Below are positions 1-8,567 of a stretch of DNA of 52,015 nucleotides, one piece after another. Made by a program: the position numbers and the translations under genes. The notes under the pieces were generated by a model, which worked only from the letters and a program-made list of their open reading frames with translations, had not been told where the DNA came from and did not search any database. Origin of the DNA: Gaiellales bacterium (GTDB taxonomy: Bacteria; Actinomycetota; Thermoleophilia; Gaiellales; F1-60-MAGs149); assembly GCA_044369995.1 (NCBI GenBank), contig JBILWG010000002.1:1-52015 (forward strand). Direction: 5' to 3'. Numbering within the stretch: the first letter of the stretch is position 1; each line of letters starts with the position of its first letter.

Positions 1-10
1 CGTCTCGAAT

Positions 11-253
11 ATGCCCGTGTTCCGAGCCAACGACGCCGATAAGGGCGTCTACGCGGTGGTCAATCTCGACGACGGCAAGCGCAACGTGATCGTGTTCGAT
101 GACGACGGCGCTCAGGACTCGCCACGGGCGTACCGCGTGCAGGTCCTGCAACCCGCTGGTGCCTCGAAGACGCTGATCATCTCCCTGGCCATGAGCACGC
201 CGGGCGGCGGCGAGTCGAAGTTCAAGATGCTCTTCGCCCCCAAGGCCGGCTGA
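11..253 (+). CDS. hypothetical protein, probably the 3' end of a gene that starts upstream of the window
   Basis: 80-aa track ORF. The frame stays open back to base 2. Composition is balanced and unlike the GC artefacts (VYAVVNLDDGKRNVIVFDDDG). No family recognised. Confidence 0.4.
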   Translation: MPVFRANDADKGVYAVVNLDDGKRNVIVFDDDGAQDSPRAYRVQVLQPAGASKTLIISLAMSTPGGGESKFKMLFAPKAG

Positions 254-279
254 CCCCTACGCGAGTGCATGCCATCGCT

Positions 280-310
280 GTGCCACCGGGGTCCAGACCC
301 TCGGCGGCAC
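280..310. terminator. imperfect GC hairpin between convergent genes
   Basis: GTGCCACCG (280-288) pairs with CGGCGGCAC (302-310) at 8 of 9 positions, with a 13-nt loop. It lies between the stop at 253 (+) and the stop at 328 (-). Confidence 0.25.
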
Positions 311-327
311 AGCGGCACGGCTGCTGA

Positions 328-729
328 TCAGCGGAGGCGCTTGGCCTTGATCCGGCGGCTGGCGCTGACGATCATCTCGCCGCCCGACAGGATCAGCACC
401 GCGCCGAACACCTGGGAGAGCAGCTCGTCGGGCAGGCGCGTGGCGACTTCGGCACCGAACAGTACGCCGAGGGCCGCGCCGATGCCCATGATCAGCGCGC
501 CGCGCCAGTACACGTTCTCGTCCGAGGTCTGCCGCCAGGCGCCGACGGCGGCGACGGGGATGATGGCGGCCAACGAGGTGGCCTGCGCGTCCAGCTGGGT
601 GAACGCGAAGACGAGCACGAGCGTGGGGACGAAGATGACGCCGCCGCCCACGCCGAAGAGGCCGGCCAGCAGGCCCGCGGCGACGCCGCAGCCGATGGCG
701 AGGCAGATGGTGAGGAGCGTCAGATCCAT
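328..729 (-). CDS. TSUP/TauE-SafE family membrane protein, half-size, second gene of a split pair
   Basis: 133 aa with about four hydrophobic spans and the family signature GLFGVGGGVIFVP near the N-terminus. Its ATG (729-727) shares one base with the TGA of the upstream half-gene (TGATG on the minus strand). Confidence 0.75.
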   Translation of the reverse strand: MDLTLLTICLAIGCGVAAGLLAGLFGVGGGVIFVPTLVLVFAFTQLDAQATSLAAIIPVAAVGAWRQTSDENVYWRGALIMGIGAALGVLFGAEVATRLPDELLSQVFGAVLILSGGEMIVSASRRIKAKRLR

Positions 730-1112
730 CAGAGTTGGAATACCAGCTTGAGGCCGATGCCGATGATCAGCACGCCGAATCCGATCACGAGCCAGTCGGC
801 GGGGAGGCGTTTCTGGAACGTGATGCCGAGCAGGACGCCGAGGACGGCGGGTGCCCCGATGACGATCGCCGCGACCCAGTCGATGTGGTCGCTGCCGGAG
901 TAGCGGACGGTGCCGATCAGCGACGTCAGGAGCAGCGTCGCGAGCGAGGTCGCGGCGGCGATGCGCGGGGGCATGCGCGTCAGCAGCATCAGGAGCGGCA
1001 CGATGACCACGCCACCGCCGATGCCGAACATGGCGGCGAAGAGCCCGGACACGACGCCGATGCCGAGCAGCGGGTAGATGCTGATCTTCGGCAGTGTGTT
1101 GGCGTTCACCAC
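729..1112 (-). CDS. TSUP/TauE-SafE family membrane protein, half-size, first gene of a split pair
   Basis: 127 aa with a GTG start, about four hydrophobic spans and the signature AMFGIGGGVVIVP. This is about half the usual length for the family. Confidence 0.75.
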   Translation of the reverse strand: MVNANTLPKISIYPLLGIGVVSGLFAAMFGIGGGVVIVPLLMLLTRMPPRIAAATSLATLLLTSLIGTVRYSGSDHIDWVAAIVIGAPAVLGVLLGITFQKRLPADWLVIGFGVLIIGIGLKLVFQL

Positions 1113-1131
1113 GCCTCTATCCTATCCAGCG

Positions 1132-1884
1132 ATGGGTGCTGATCCGCTGACTCGAATCCGCACGGCTCCCGAACGGTCGGCGGTGCTGCTCGATGTGGAT
1201 GGCACGCTCGCGCCGATCGTGGCGCATCCGGATCAGAGCGTCGTCCCGGCGGAGACGCTCAGCGTGCTCGGTGCGCTGGTCGAGCGCTTCGCGCTGGTGG
1301 CGTGCATCTCCGGCCGCCGGGCCGTGGATGCGGCTCGGCTCGTGCCGGTGCCCGGCGTGCGCTTCGCCGGCAATCATGGCCTCGAGCTCCTACTCGACGG
1401 CGAGGTGCAGCTGGCTGGCGGTGTGGAGGAGTGGCTGGTCGATGTGCGTACGGCGGCGGCGGCGATCACGCCGATGGTCGCGGAGGCGGGTGGTTGGGTG
1501 GAGGACAAGGGCGCGAGCCTGACGGTCCACTTCCGCGAGTCGCCCGATCCGATCGCGGCACGGAGCCTGCTGGAGCTGCGCGCCGTCCCTCTTCTCAACG
1601 CGGCGGGTCTCGTCTCGCGCTGGGGGCGCATGTCGTTGGAGGCGCGCCCGCCCCTTCCCATCGACAAGGGCTCGGCGATCGAGGAGCTTCTGCAGCTGCA
1701 CGCCGCGGTGCGCTGCTCGCTGTACGCCGGTGACGATCGCACCGATCTCGACGGCTTCGCCGTGGTGGACGTGAAGGTGGCCGTGCGCTCCGACGAGACG
1801 CCACCCGAGCTTCTCGCCGCTGCCGACGTCGTCGTCGATGGCACGCAGGGCCTGGTCGCCCTCTTGGCAGGCCTGCTCGACTGA
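1132..1884 (+). CDS. otsB: trehalose-6-phosphate phosphatase (HAD superfamily)
   Basis: HAD motif I (LLDVDGTLAP) lies 18 aa after the ATG at 1132, followed by GNHG and C-terminal YAGDDRTD motifs. The longer track ORF from 1078 would overlap the divergent gene, so the internal ATG is preferred. Confidence 0.8.
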   Translation: MGADPLTRIRTAPERSAVLLDVDGTLAPIVAHPDQSVVPAETLSVLGALVERFALVACISGRRAVDAARLVPVPGVRFAGNHGLELLLDGEVQLAGGVEEWLVDVRTAAAAITPMVAEAGGWVEDKGASLTVHFRESPDPIAARSLLELRAVPLLNAAGLVSRWGRMSLEARPPLPIDKGSAIEELLQLHAAVRCSLYAGDDRTDLDGFAVVDVKVAVRSDETPPELLAAADVVVDGTQGLVALLAGLLD

Positions 1885-1942
1885 CGCAACCGCTGAGCGA
1901 GGCGTCCAGTCGGTGGCCAATCCGGGGCGAATTCGCTCGTAC

Positions 1943-2155
1943 CTGACACGATGGGCCCGGGCCCACCATGTCATCTGGTTGCGACGCACTTCGTGCGACG
2001 TAGCGCTGCCTGCGCGCGCGTTCTCGCCGCACCTGCGCGGAAGCGGCGAGCGTGCGTGCGTGTGAGGACGCGAAGCGCGCGCCAGGGGTGCGTGAAAACG
2101 CGCGCGCACGACGCAAACTGGACCGACAGGATGGGCCCGGGCCCATCGTGTCCGG
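1943..2155. repeat. 213-bp MITE-like element bounded by two GGGCCCGGGCCC-centred palindromes (copy 1)
   Basis: Left end is CTGACACGATGGGCCCGGGCCCACCATGTCA (1943-1973). Right end is GACAGGATGGGCCCGGGCCCATCGTGTCCGG (2125-2155). A second element of the same length with near-identical ends lies at 17121-17333. Intergenic. Confidence 0.7.
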
Positions 2156-2234
2156 CGTCAGCGTGCCCGCGTGGAATTCGACCGTGGTTGGCAGACCGCG
2201 CAGTGAGGGTTTCTGCATATGTCGATCAGGTGTG

Positions 2235-3758
2235 ATGCCGCACGCGCCAATCGCCCGCGCGCGCCCATACACTCCGGGCATGGATGCGGCGGACAACCTC
2301 CCGGAGCGGCGTGGCGAGACGCGCCCCGCGCGCCGAGGCGACCCCCATCCGGTGCCACGCGACGAGCAGGGGCTGACGGTCGACCCGCCCGCGCAGGAGG
2401 TGGCGATCCCCACCGCCGGCGGCAACCGCCTGCAGACCATCTGCCTCGCGCTCGCCGTCGCGTTGGTGTTGAGCGACTCGTCGATCGTGGTGCTCGCGCT
2501 CCCCGACATCCTCGCGCGCTTCTCGCTCACCATCGGCGAGGTCTCGTGGGTGCTGACGGGCTTCAACATCGTGCTCGCCGCCGTGGCGGTTCCGGTCGCC
2601 TACCTCGTACGCCGGCGGGCACCAGGCGTCCTGCTCTTGCTCGGCCTCGCCGTATTCGCCGTCGCATCCCTGTTCTGCGCGCTCGCGCCCTCGTTCGAGG
2701 TGCTGCTCCTGAGCCGTGGCGTCCAGGCGATCGGCGGTGCCATGGCCGTCACCGCCGCGCTCGAGATCCTGCCGGTCACCACCGGCTCGGAACGTCGTGC
2801 CGCCGTGATCTGGGCGACGGCCGGTGCGCTCGGTGCGGCGTTTGGACCGGCACTCGGCGGACTCCTCACCCAGCTCATCTCCTGGGAGGCGATCTTCTTC
2901 ATCCAGGTGCCCGCGATCCTGCTCGCGCTTCCGACGCTACGCGTCCGCACCCACCCGGTGCACGCGCCCGCCGGCCGACCGCACGTCGCCGCCAATCTCG
3001 CCCTGATCCTGCTCAGTGCCGGCCTCACCGCCGCACTGTTCCTGATCGTCCTCCTGCTGATCGAGGGGTGGCAGATGGAGCCGATCGCGACAGCACTCGT
3101 CGTGACGGTGATGCCCATCGCGGCAATTGTTGCCGCGAAGCTGTTCGGCAACGTCGGCTCGCTGCCGGCGCGGGCCGCCTCCGGCACGATCCTGCTGGCG
3201 GCGGGGCTCGCCTCGCTCGCGCTGCTCCCGCAGCCGGAGTGGTGGTGGACGGTGCCGAGCCAGATCGCGATCGGTTTCGGTCTCGGCATGACGATCGAGG
3301 CGCTCACCGACGCCGCTCTGCGCGGCCGCTCGCCACAGGCGGTGCACGGTGGGTGGACGCTGGCGGCACGGCACGTCGGGCTCGTGCTCGGCATCGTGGC
3401 GCTGACACCGCTCTTCACCCATCAGCTCGTGGCGCAGCAGGAGCGGGTTGAGCGCCAAGGTGCGAAGCTGCTCCTCGACTCGCCACTACCGCTGTCCACG
3501 CGAGTCGCGCTGGCCGGCGAACTCGGCGTTGTCGTGCAGGGTGCGAACGGCCGGATTCCGAATATCGGCGACGTCTTCGCCAACGCTCCCTCCGATCCGC
3601 AGGAGCGAGCAGCGTGGGTGGCGCTGCAGGACGACATCGAACACGCCATCCGCGAGGCGGGAACCGCCGCCGCAGCCTGGCCGTTCCTCGCCGCTGGCGG
3701 CTTGGTGCTGCTCGCGCTCGTGCCGATCGGGCTCGGCCGCCGTCACATCGATCTCTAG
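2235..3758 (+). CDS. MFS transporter (DHA2/EmrB-like) with a C-terminal extension
   Basis: Many hydrophobic spans begin at LQTICLALAVALVLSDSSIVVLALPDILARF. 2235 is the first ATG after the repeat element and 2280 is an alternative start. The last ~130 aa are a soluble stretch plus a terminal TM span. Confidence 0.75.
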   Translation: MPHAPIARARPYTPGMDAADNLPERRGETRPARRGDPHPVPRDEQGLTVDPPAQEVAIPTAGGNRLQTICLALAVALVLSDSSIVVLALPDILARFSLTIGEVSWVLTGFNIVLAAVAVPVAYLVRRRAPGVLLLLGLAVFAVASLFCALAPSFEVLLLSRGVQAIGGAMAVTAALEILPVTTGSERRAAVIWATAGALGAAFGPALGGLLTQLISWEAIFFIQVPAILLALPTLRVRTHPVHAPAGRPHVAANLALILLSAGLTAALFLIVLLLIEGWQMEPIATALVVTVMPIAAIVAAKLFGNVGSLPARAASGTILLAAGLASLALLPQPEWWWTVPSQIAIGFGLGMTIEALTDAALRGRSPQAVHGGWTLAARHVGLVLGIVALTPLFTHQLVAQQERVERQGAKLLLDSPLPLSTRVALAGELGVVVQGANGRIPNIGDVFANAPSDPQERAAWVALQDDIEHAIREAGTAAAAWPFLAAGGLVLLALVPIGLGRRHIDL

Positions 3759-3884
3759 CGCGCGTGCGTTCACCGTCGCTGTTGACCGGCGACTGGCGGC
3801 CTTCAGCCTCGGCGGCCAGTGATCGAAGATCCGCGTGCTGCGATCACGGTCGTCGTCGTCCGGACAGCCGCAGCCGACACGACA

Positions 3885-3920
3885 ACGGCCCCGGACCGGC
3901 AAGCGCCAGTCCGGGGCCGT
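3885..3920. terminator. perfect 12-bp GC hairpin, likely bidirectional terminator
   Basis: ACGGCCCCGGAC (3885-3896) and GTCCGGGGCCGT (3909-3920) are perfect complements with a 12-nt loop. It sits between convergent stops at 3758 (+) and 3933 (-). Confidence 0.55.
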
Positions 3921-3932
3921 GTTCATTCGTGA

Positions 3933-4913
3933 CTAGCTGACGCGAACGACGGGGCTCGGGGGCTCCTCGCCGCTCAGGATCGCGACCGTGTTCTTGGCCG
4001 CGAGCAGACCCATCTCGGTGCGCGTCTCGATCGTGGCCGAGCCGAGGTGCGGGATCAGCACCGCGTTCTCGAGGTCGAGCAGGCCGGGGTTGATCTTCGG
4101 CTCCTCCTCGAACACGTCGAGGCCAGCGCCCTTGATCTCGCCCTTGCGGAGCGCATCGACGAGCGCCTGCTCGTCGACGACCGGACCGCGCGTCGTGTTC
4201 ACGAGATACGCGTCCTCGCGCATCTGCTTCAGCCGGTCGGCGTTGATCAGGTGCTTCGTCTCGTCGTTGAGCGGGCAGTGCAGCGAGACGACATCGGCCG
4301 TCTCGAGCAGCTCGTCGAATGACACGTACTTGGCGCCGAGCTCGGCCTCGATCGCGGGGTCCGCCTGGCGGCGACCCGAGTAGATGATCTCCATGCCGAA
4401 CGCCTTGGCGCGACGCGCCGTGGCCTGGCCGATCAGGCCGAGGCCGACGATGCCGAGCGTCTTGCCCTGGATGCCCGTGCCGAGCATGTAGAACATGCTC
4501 CACACCCACGGGGTCTCCGAGCGGATCACGCGCTCGCCCTCGCCGAGACGACGGGTCGTCATCAGGATCAGCGACATCGCGATATCCGCGGTGGCCTCCG
4601 TCAGCACGCCCGGCGTGTTCGTGAACCAGACGGTGCCGCGGCTCTCGATCGCCTTCGTGTCGACGTTGTTGAATCCCACCGCCACGTTGGCGATGACCTT
4701 CAGCTGCGGACCAGCCGCGTCGAGGACGGCGTCGTCGATCGTGTCGTGCAGCAGGCAGACGATCGCGTCGGCGCCGTTGACGGCATCGAACATCTCCTCG
4801 CGCGTCAGGGGGCGATCGTGCGGCGAAAGCCACACGTCGCCGTGCTCGGCGAGCAGATCGAGCGCCGGCTGCGGGATGCGCCGCGTGACGACGATCCGGG
4901 GCTTGTCGCTCAT
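3933..4913 (-). CDS. D-isomer-specific 2-hydroxyacid dehydrogenase (glyoxylate/hydroxypyruvate reductase-like)
   Basis: 326 aa. NAD-binding motif GIVGLGLIGQATARRA and C-terminal catalytic region (TTRGPVVDE ... IPHLGSAT). ATGA overlap with the upstream aminotransferase gene. Confidence 0.85.
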   Translation of the reverse strand: MSDKPRIVVTRRIPQPALDLLAEHGDVWLSPHDRPLTREEMFDAVNGADAIVCLLHDTIDDAVLDAAGPQLKVIANVAVGFNNVDTKAIESRGTVWFTNTPGVLTEATADIAMSLILMTTRRLGEGERVIRSETPWVWSMFYMLGTGIQGKTLGIVGLGLIGQATARRAKAFGMEIIYSGRRQADPAIEAELGAKYVSFDELLETADVVSLHCPLNDETKHLINADRLKQMREDAYLVNTTRGPVVDEQALVDALRKGEIKGAGLDVFEEEPKINPGLLDLENAVLIPHLGSATIETRTEMGLLAAKNTVAILSGEEPPSPVVRVS

Positions 4914-6085
4914 GCCTGCATCGTCTCCAAGAGACCGCGCATCGCCTCGATCGCCTCCTGGATGTTCTCCATGCTGTTGGCGTACGAGAGACGCAGGTAG
5001 CCGTCGCCGTGCTCGCCGAAGGCGGTGCCGCTGAGGACGGCGACGCCGGCCTCCTGCAGCAGGCGATCAGCCACGACACGGCCGTCCTGGCCCGTGCCCG
5101 TGACGTTCGGGAACGCGTAGAACGCGCCCTTCGGGTCGCGGCACGTGACACCCGGCAGCGAGTTGAGACCCTCGACGACCGCGGCGCGGCGTCGATCGAA
5201 CTCGGCCATCATCGCGTCGATCTCGGTGCGGGGACCGGTCAGGGCCGCCACGCCGGCCAGCTGCGTGGCGGGAGCGGTGCAGGACACCGAGTTGATGATC
5301 AGGCGCGTGATCGGCTCGCGCAGCGCCTCCGGCAGCGACGCGTAGCCCAGGCGCCAGCCCGTCATCGCGAACGTCTTGGAGAAGCCGTCGAGCAGGATCG
5401 TGCGGTCCTGGAGACCCTGGTGGCCGGCGATCGTGTCGTGCTCGGCGCCGCCCCACAGCATCTCGGAGTAGACCTCGTCCGACAGGATCCAGCAGTCGTG
5501 GTCGGCGAGGACGTTGGCGATCTCGGCGTTCAGCTGCTTGCTGATGTAGCCACCCGTCGGGTTGGCCGGCGAGTTGAGGATCACCATCTTCGTCTTCGGC
5601 GTCAGGCGCTCGCGGAGATCGTCGGCCGTGAAGGCGAAGTCGGTCTCCTCGGTCAGCGGCAGCGGCACCGGCGTGGCACCGGCCCACTTGATCGCGGACT
5701 CGTAGATCGGGAAGCCGGGGTTCGGGTAGATGACCTCGTCGCCCGGGTTGCACGTCGCGAGGATGCCGAAGAACAGGAACGGCTTGGCACCCGGCGTGAC
5801 GACGATCGAGTCGGGGTGGACGTCGATGCCGCGATGCGTCGAGAGGTGGTTGGCGCACGTCTCGCGCAGGATCGGCAGACCCGGAGCGGGGCAGTAGTGC
5901 GTCTGGCCGTCCTGCAGCGCCTTGGCCGCAGCCTCGACGATATGGGGCGGGGTGTCGAAATCGGGCTCGCCGATCTCGAGATGGATGACGCGCTTGCCGG
6001 TGGCCTCGAGGGCCTTGGCGCGGGCGAGGACCTCGAAGGCGGTCTCGGTGCCGAGGCGCTCAAGGGCGGTTGCGAGCTGGGGCAT
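4910..6085 (-). CDS. PLP-dependent aminotransferase, class I/II (AspC-like)
   Basis: 391 aa. Motifs NPGFPIY, NSPANPTG and the PLP-lysine motif GFSKTFAMTGWRLGY. Confidence 0.85.
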   Translation of the reverse strand: MPQLATALERLGTETAFEVLARAKALEATGKRVIHLEIGEPDFDTPPHIVEAAAKALQDGQTHYCPAPGLPILRETCANHLSTHRGIDVHPDSIVVTPGAKPFLFFGILATCNPGDEVIYPNPGFPIYESAIKWAGATPVPLPLTEETDFAFTADDLRERLTPKTKMVILNSPANPTGGYISKQLNAEIANVLADHDCWILSDEVYSEMLWGGAEHDTIAGHQGLQDRTILLDGFSKTFAMTGWRLGYASLPEALREPITRLIINSVSCTAPATQLAGVAALTGPRTEIDAMMAEFDRRRAAVVEGLNSLPGVTCRDPKGAFYAFPNVTGTGQDGRVVADRLLQEAGVAVLSGTAFGEHGDGYLRLSYANSMENIQEAIEAMRGLLETMQA

Positions 6086-6116
6086 GGTTCTCCTCCGGTG
6101 GGGAAATCGGTGACGG

Positions 6117-8564
6117 CTAGGCGCGGATGCGCTCGCCGGCGGGGTCGAAGATGGGTTCGGTGGTCACGGCACCCTCGACCTCGCGGTCGAAGATCCGCAC
6201 GGCGGCCCGCGTCCCCGGAGCAGCCTGCTCCGCGGGAAGATAGCCGTAAGCGATCGACTTGCCAACCGTGTAGCCGAAGTTGGCGCTGGTCACGTAGCCG
6301 ACCTTCGTGCCGTCGATCAGGATCGGCTCGCCACCGAGTGGCGCGGCGTTGGCATCGTCGAGCAGGATCGGGACGAGACGCTTGGCGAGCCCCACCTTGC
6401 GCTCCTCGATGACGGCCTGCTTGCCGATGAAGGCGGACTTGCCGAGGTTGACGGCGAAGCCGAGTCCGGACTGGTCGGCCGTGTAATCGGTGTGCATGTC
6501 GACGCCCGCGAAGCGGTAGCCCTTCTCGATGCGCAGCGACTCGAAGGCGCCACCGCCGGCGGCGATGATGCCGTGCTCCTGGCCGGCCTCCATCAGGCGC
6601 TCCCAGACCCAGCTGCCGTACTCGCTCGGCACGTAGAGCTCCCAGCCGAGCTCGCCGGCGTACGAGATGCGGAGCGCGAGCGCGGGGACGTGCTCGATCC
6701 AGATGCGCTGCGCGCGCATGTACGGGAAGGCCTCGTTCGAGAGGTCCTCGGGCACGAGCGGCTGCAGCACCTTGCGGGCGTTCGGGCCCCACAGGCCGGA
6801 CACCGCGTACGAACTGGTGACGTCGCGCAGACGCACCGAGTCGCCCTCCGGCAGGTGGCTGCGCAACCACGCGACGTCGCGCGGGCCAGAGCCGCCGCCG
6901 GTCACGACCAGGTAGGTGGTATCGCTGAGGCGGGTGACCGTGATGTCGAACACCACGCCGCCGTGCGGGGTGAGGCACGTCGTGTAGACGATGCGGCCGA
7001 CCGGCACGTCCATCTCGGACGTGCACATGCGGTTGAGCCAATCGCACGCACCCGAGCCCTCGACCTCGAGCTTGGTGAACGGCGTGAGGTCGAACAGGCC
7101 GACGTGCGAGCGCACGCGCGCGTGCTCCTTGCCGATCGTCGGCGACCAGTGCATCGCCTCCCACTCGCCACGCGACTGCGTGTGCTCGGGGGCGGGCAGG
7201 CTCGCGTTCGTCTCGAGCCACTGCGCGCGCTCCCAGCCGGCGCTCTCGAGCATGTAGCCGCCGCGCTCCGACACCCACTCGTGCGAGGGAAGACGACGCA
7301 GGCCGCGTGCGTTGAGCGCGGGCTCGAGCGGATGGATGATGTCGTAGACCTCGGCGTACTGCTGGCTGCCGCGCGCGAGCACGAAGGCGGGGGCGCCGTG
7401 GTGCGGCTGGAAGCGATCGGGATGCGCGCCGCCGAGATCGAGGCCGACGGGCTGGCCGGTCATCTGACGCACGACGGCCTGGGCCGAGCCGGCCGCCTGC
7501 GTCACCCAGATCGCCTCGGCCAGGAACAGGCCCTTGGTGTACGACGACTCGCCGAGCAGCGGGTTGCCGTCGATGGTGAACGAGAAGTGGCCGTTGAAGG
7601 TCTCCTCGAGCCCGGCGTCGTAGACGCGCGGCATCAGGGTGCGCGTGGCGTCCCAGGCGTCGGCGAAGTGCTCCTCGCTGAACGGCCCCTGCGCGTTCTG
7701 GTGGCCGTCCTCGGCGCGTTCGAGATCGTCGATCGCGATCGGCAGCGGGTCGTGGGCGTACGAGCCGATGCCCATGCCCTGCCAGCGCTGGCGGTAGTAG
7801 ACGTCGCGGTCCTGGTGGCGGATCATCGGCAGCACCGACTCGACGGGGCCGCGCTCGAGGCCCTCGATCGGGGCGCCCCACGCGAACACGTGCTCGACGG
7901 GCTGCAGCGGAATCGGGCGGCCGATCATGGTCTGCAGCTCGGGGCCCCAGAGGCCGCCGGCCACGAGCACCTGGCCGCACTTGACCGTGCCGCTCACCGT
8001 CTCGACGCCGCGAACGCGACCGCCCTCGATCTGGACGTTCGTGACGCGGGTGCTCTCGAAGAAGCGCACGCCGGCCTGACGGCACCACTCCTGCAGGGTG
8101 TGGCAGACGGTGACCGCACGGCAGAGGCCGTCGGTCGGCACGTGGTAGCCGGCGAGGATCGTGCTCTCATCGACCAGAGGACACAGCTCGACGACCTGCT
8201 TGGGCGTGATGATGGTGCCCTCGAGGCCGTAGGCCATCGCGGCGTTGCGGCGGCGCTCCAGCTCGCGGGCGCGCGCGGGCGTGGTGGCGACTTCGATGCT
8301 GCCGACCTCGGCCCAGGCCTCGCGCTCGGGCGTGTTGTACGAGCGGTACGTCTCGGCCGACCACTGGGCGAGCGTGCAGAGCAGGCGGCTGGTGCCGGTC
8401 TGGAAGACGAGGCCGGGAGCGTGATACGACGAGCCGCCGGTGTGGCTCAGCGGGCCCTGGTCGATCACGATCACGTTGGTCACGCCAGCCTGGACGAGCT
8501 CCCAGGCGGCAGACGTGCCGACGATGCCCGCGCCGATGATGACGACGTCAGCCTTGGCGTCCAT
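6117..8564 (-). CDS. FAD-dependent oxidoreductase fused to a GcvT-type folate-binding aminomethyltransferase domain (dimethylglycine/sarcosine oxidase or dehydrogenase-like)
   Basis: 815 aa. N-terminal dinucleotide fold (VVIIGAGIVGTSAAWEL). The C-terminal ~400 aa have GcvT character (GLFDLTPFTKLEVEG ... RISYAGELGWELY ... LRIEKGY). Confidence 0.85.
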   Translation of the reverse strand: MDAKADVVIIGAGIVGTSAAWELVQAGVTNVIVIDQGPLSHTGGSSYHAPGLVFQTGTSRLLCTLAQWSAETYRSYNTPEREAWAEVGSIEVATTPARARELERRRNAAMAYGLEGTIITPKQVVELCPLVDESTILAGYHVPTDGLCRAVTVCHTLQEWCRQAGVRFFESTRVTNVQIEGGRVRGVETVSGTVKCGQVLVAGGLWGPELQTMIGRPIPLQPVEHVFAWGAPIEGLERGPVESVLPMIRHQDRDVYYRQRWQGMGIGSYAHDPLPIAIDDLERAEDGHQNAQGPFSEEHFADAWDATRTLMPRVYDAGLEETFNGHFSFTIDGNPLLGESSYTKGLFLAEAIWVTQAAGSAQAVVRQMTGQPVGLDLGGAHPDRFQPHHGAPAFVLARGSQQYAEVYDIIHPLEPALNARGLRRLPSHEWVSERGGYMLESAGWERAQWLETNASLPAPEHTQSRGEWEAMHWSPTIGKEHARVRSHVGLFDLTPFTKLEVEGSGACDWLNRMCTSEMDVPVGRIVYTTCLTPHGGVVFDITVTRLSDTTYLVVTGGGSGPRDVAWLRSHLPEGDSVRLRDVTSSYAVSGLWGPNARKVLQPLVPEDLSNEAFPYMRAQRIWIEHVPALALRISYAGELGWELYVPSEYGSWVWERLMEAGQEHGIIAAGGGAFESLRIEKGYRFAGVDMHTDYTADQSGLGFAVNLGKSAFIGKQAVIEERKVGLAKRLVPILLDDANAAPLGGEPILIDGTKVGYVTSANFGYTVGKSIAYGYLPAEQAAPGTRAAVRIFDREVEGAVTTEPIFDPAGERIRA

Positions 8565-8567
8565 TGC

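Noticed and set aside
1951-2235. Short ORFs beginning MGPGP... across the palindromes (also 17129-17617 and their minus-strand counterparts)
   Set aside because: The recurring MGPGP/GPGPS peptides are simply translations of the ATGGGCCCGGGCCC palindrome core in different frames and strands. The rest of each ORF is not conserved between the two copies.
5653-8088. 811-aa minus-strand ORF in an alternative frame of the aminotransferase and DMG-oxidase-like genes
   Set aside because: It is on the same strand but out of frame with two genes that carry clear family motifs. The product is extremely Arg/Pro-rich. Artefact.
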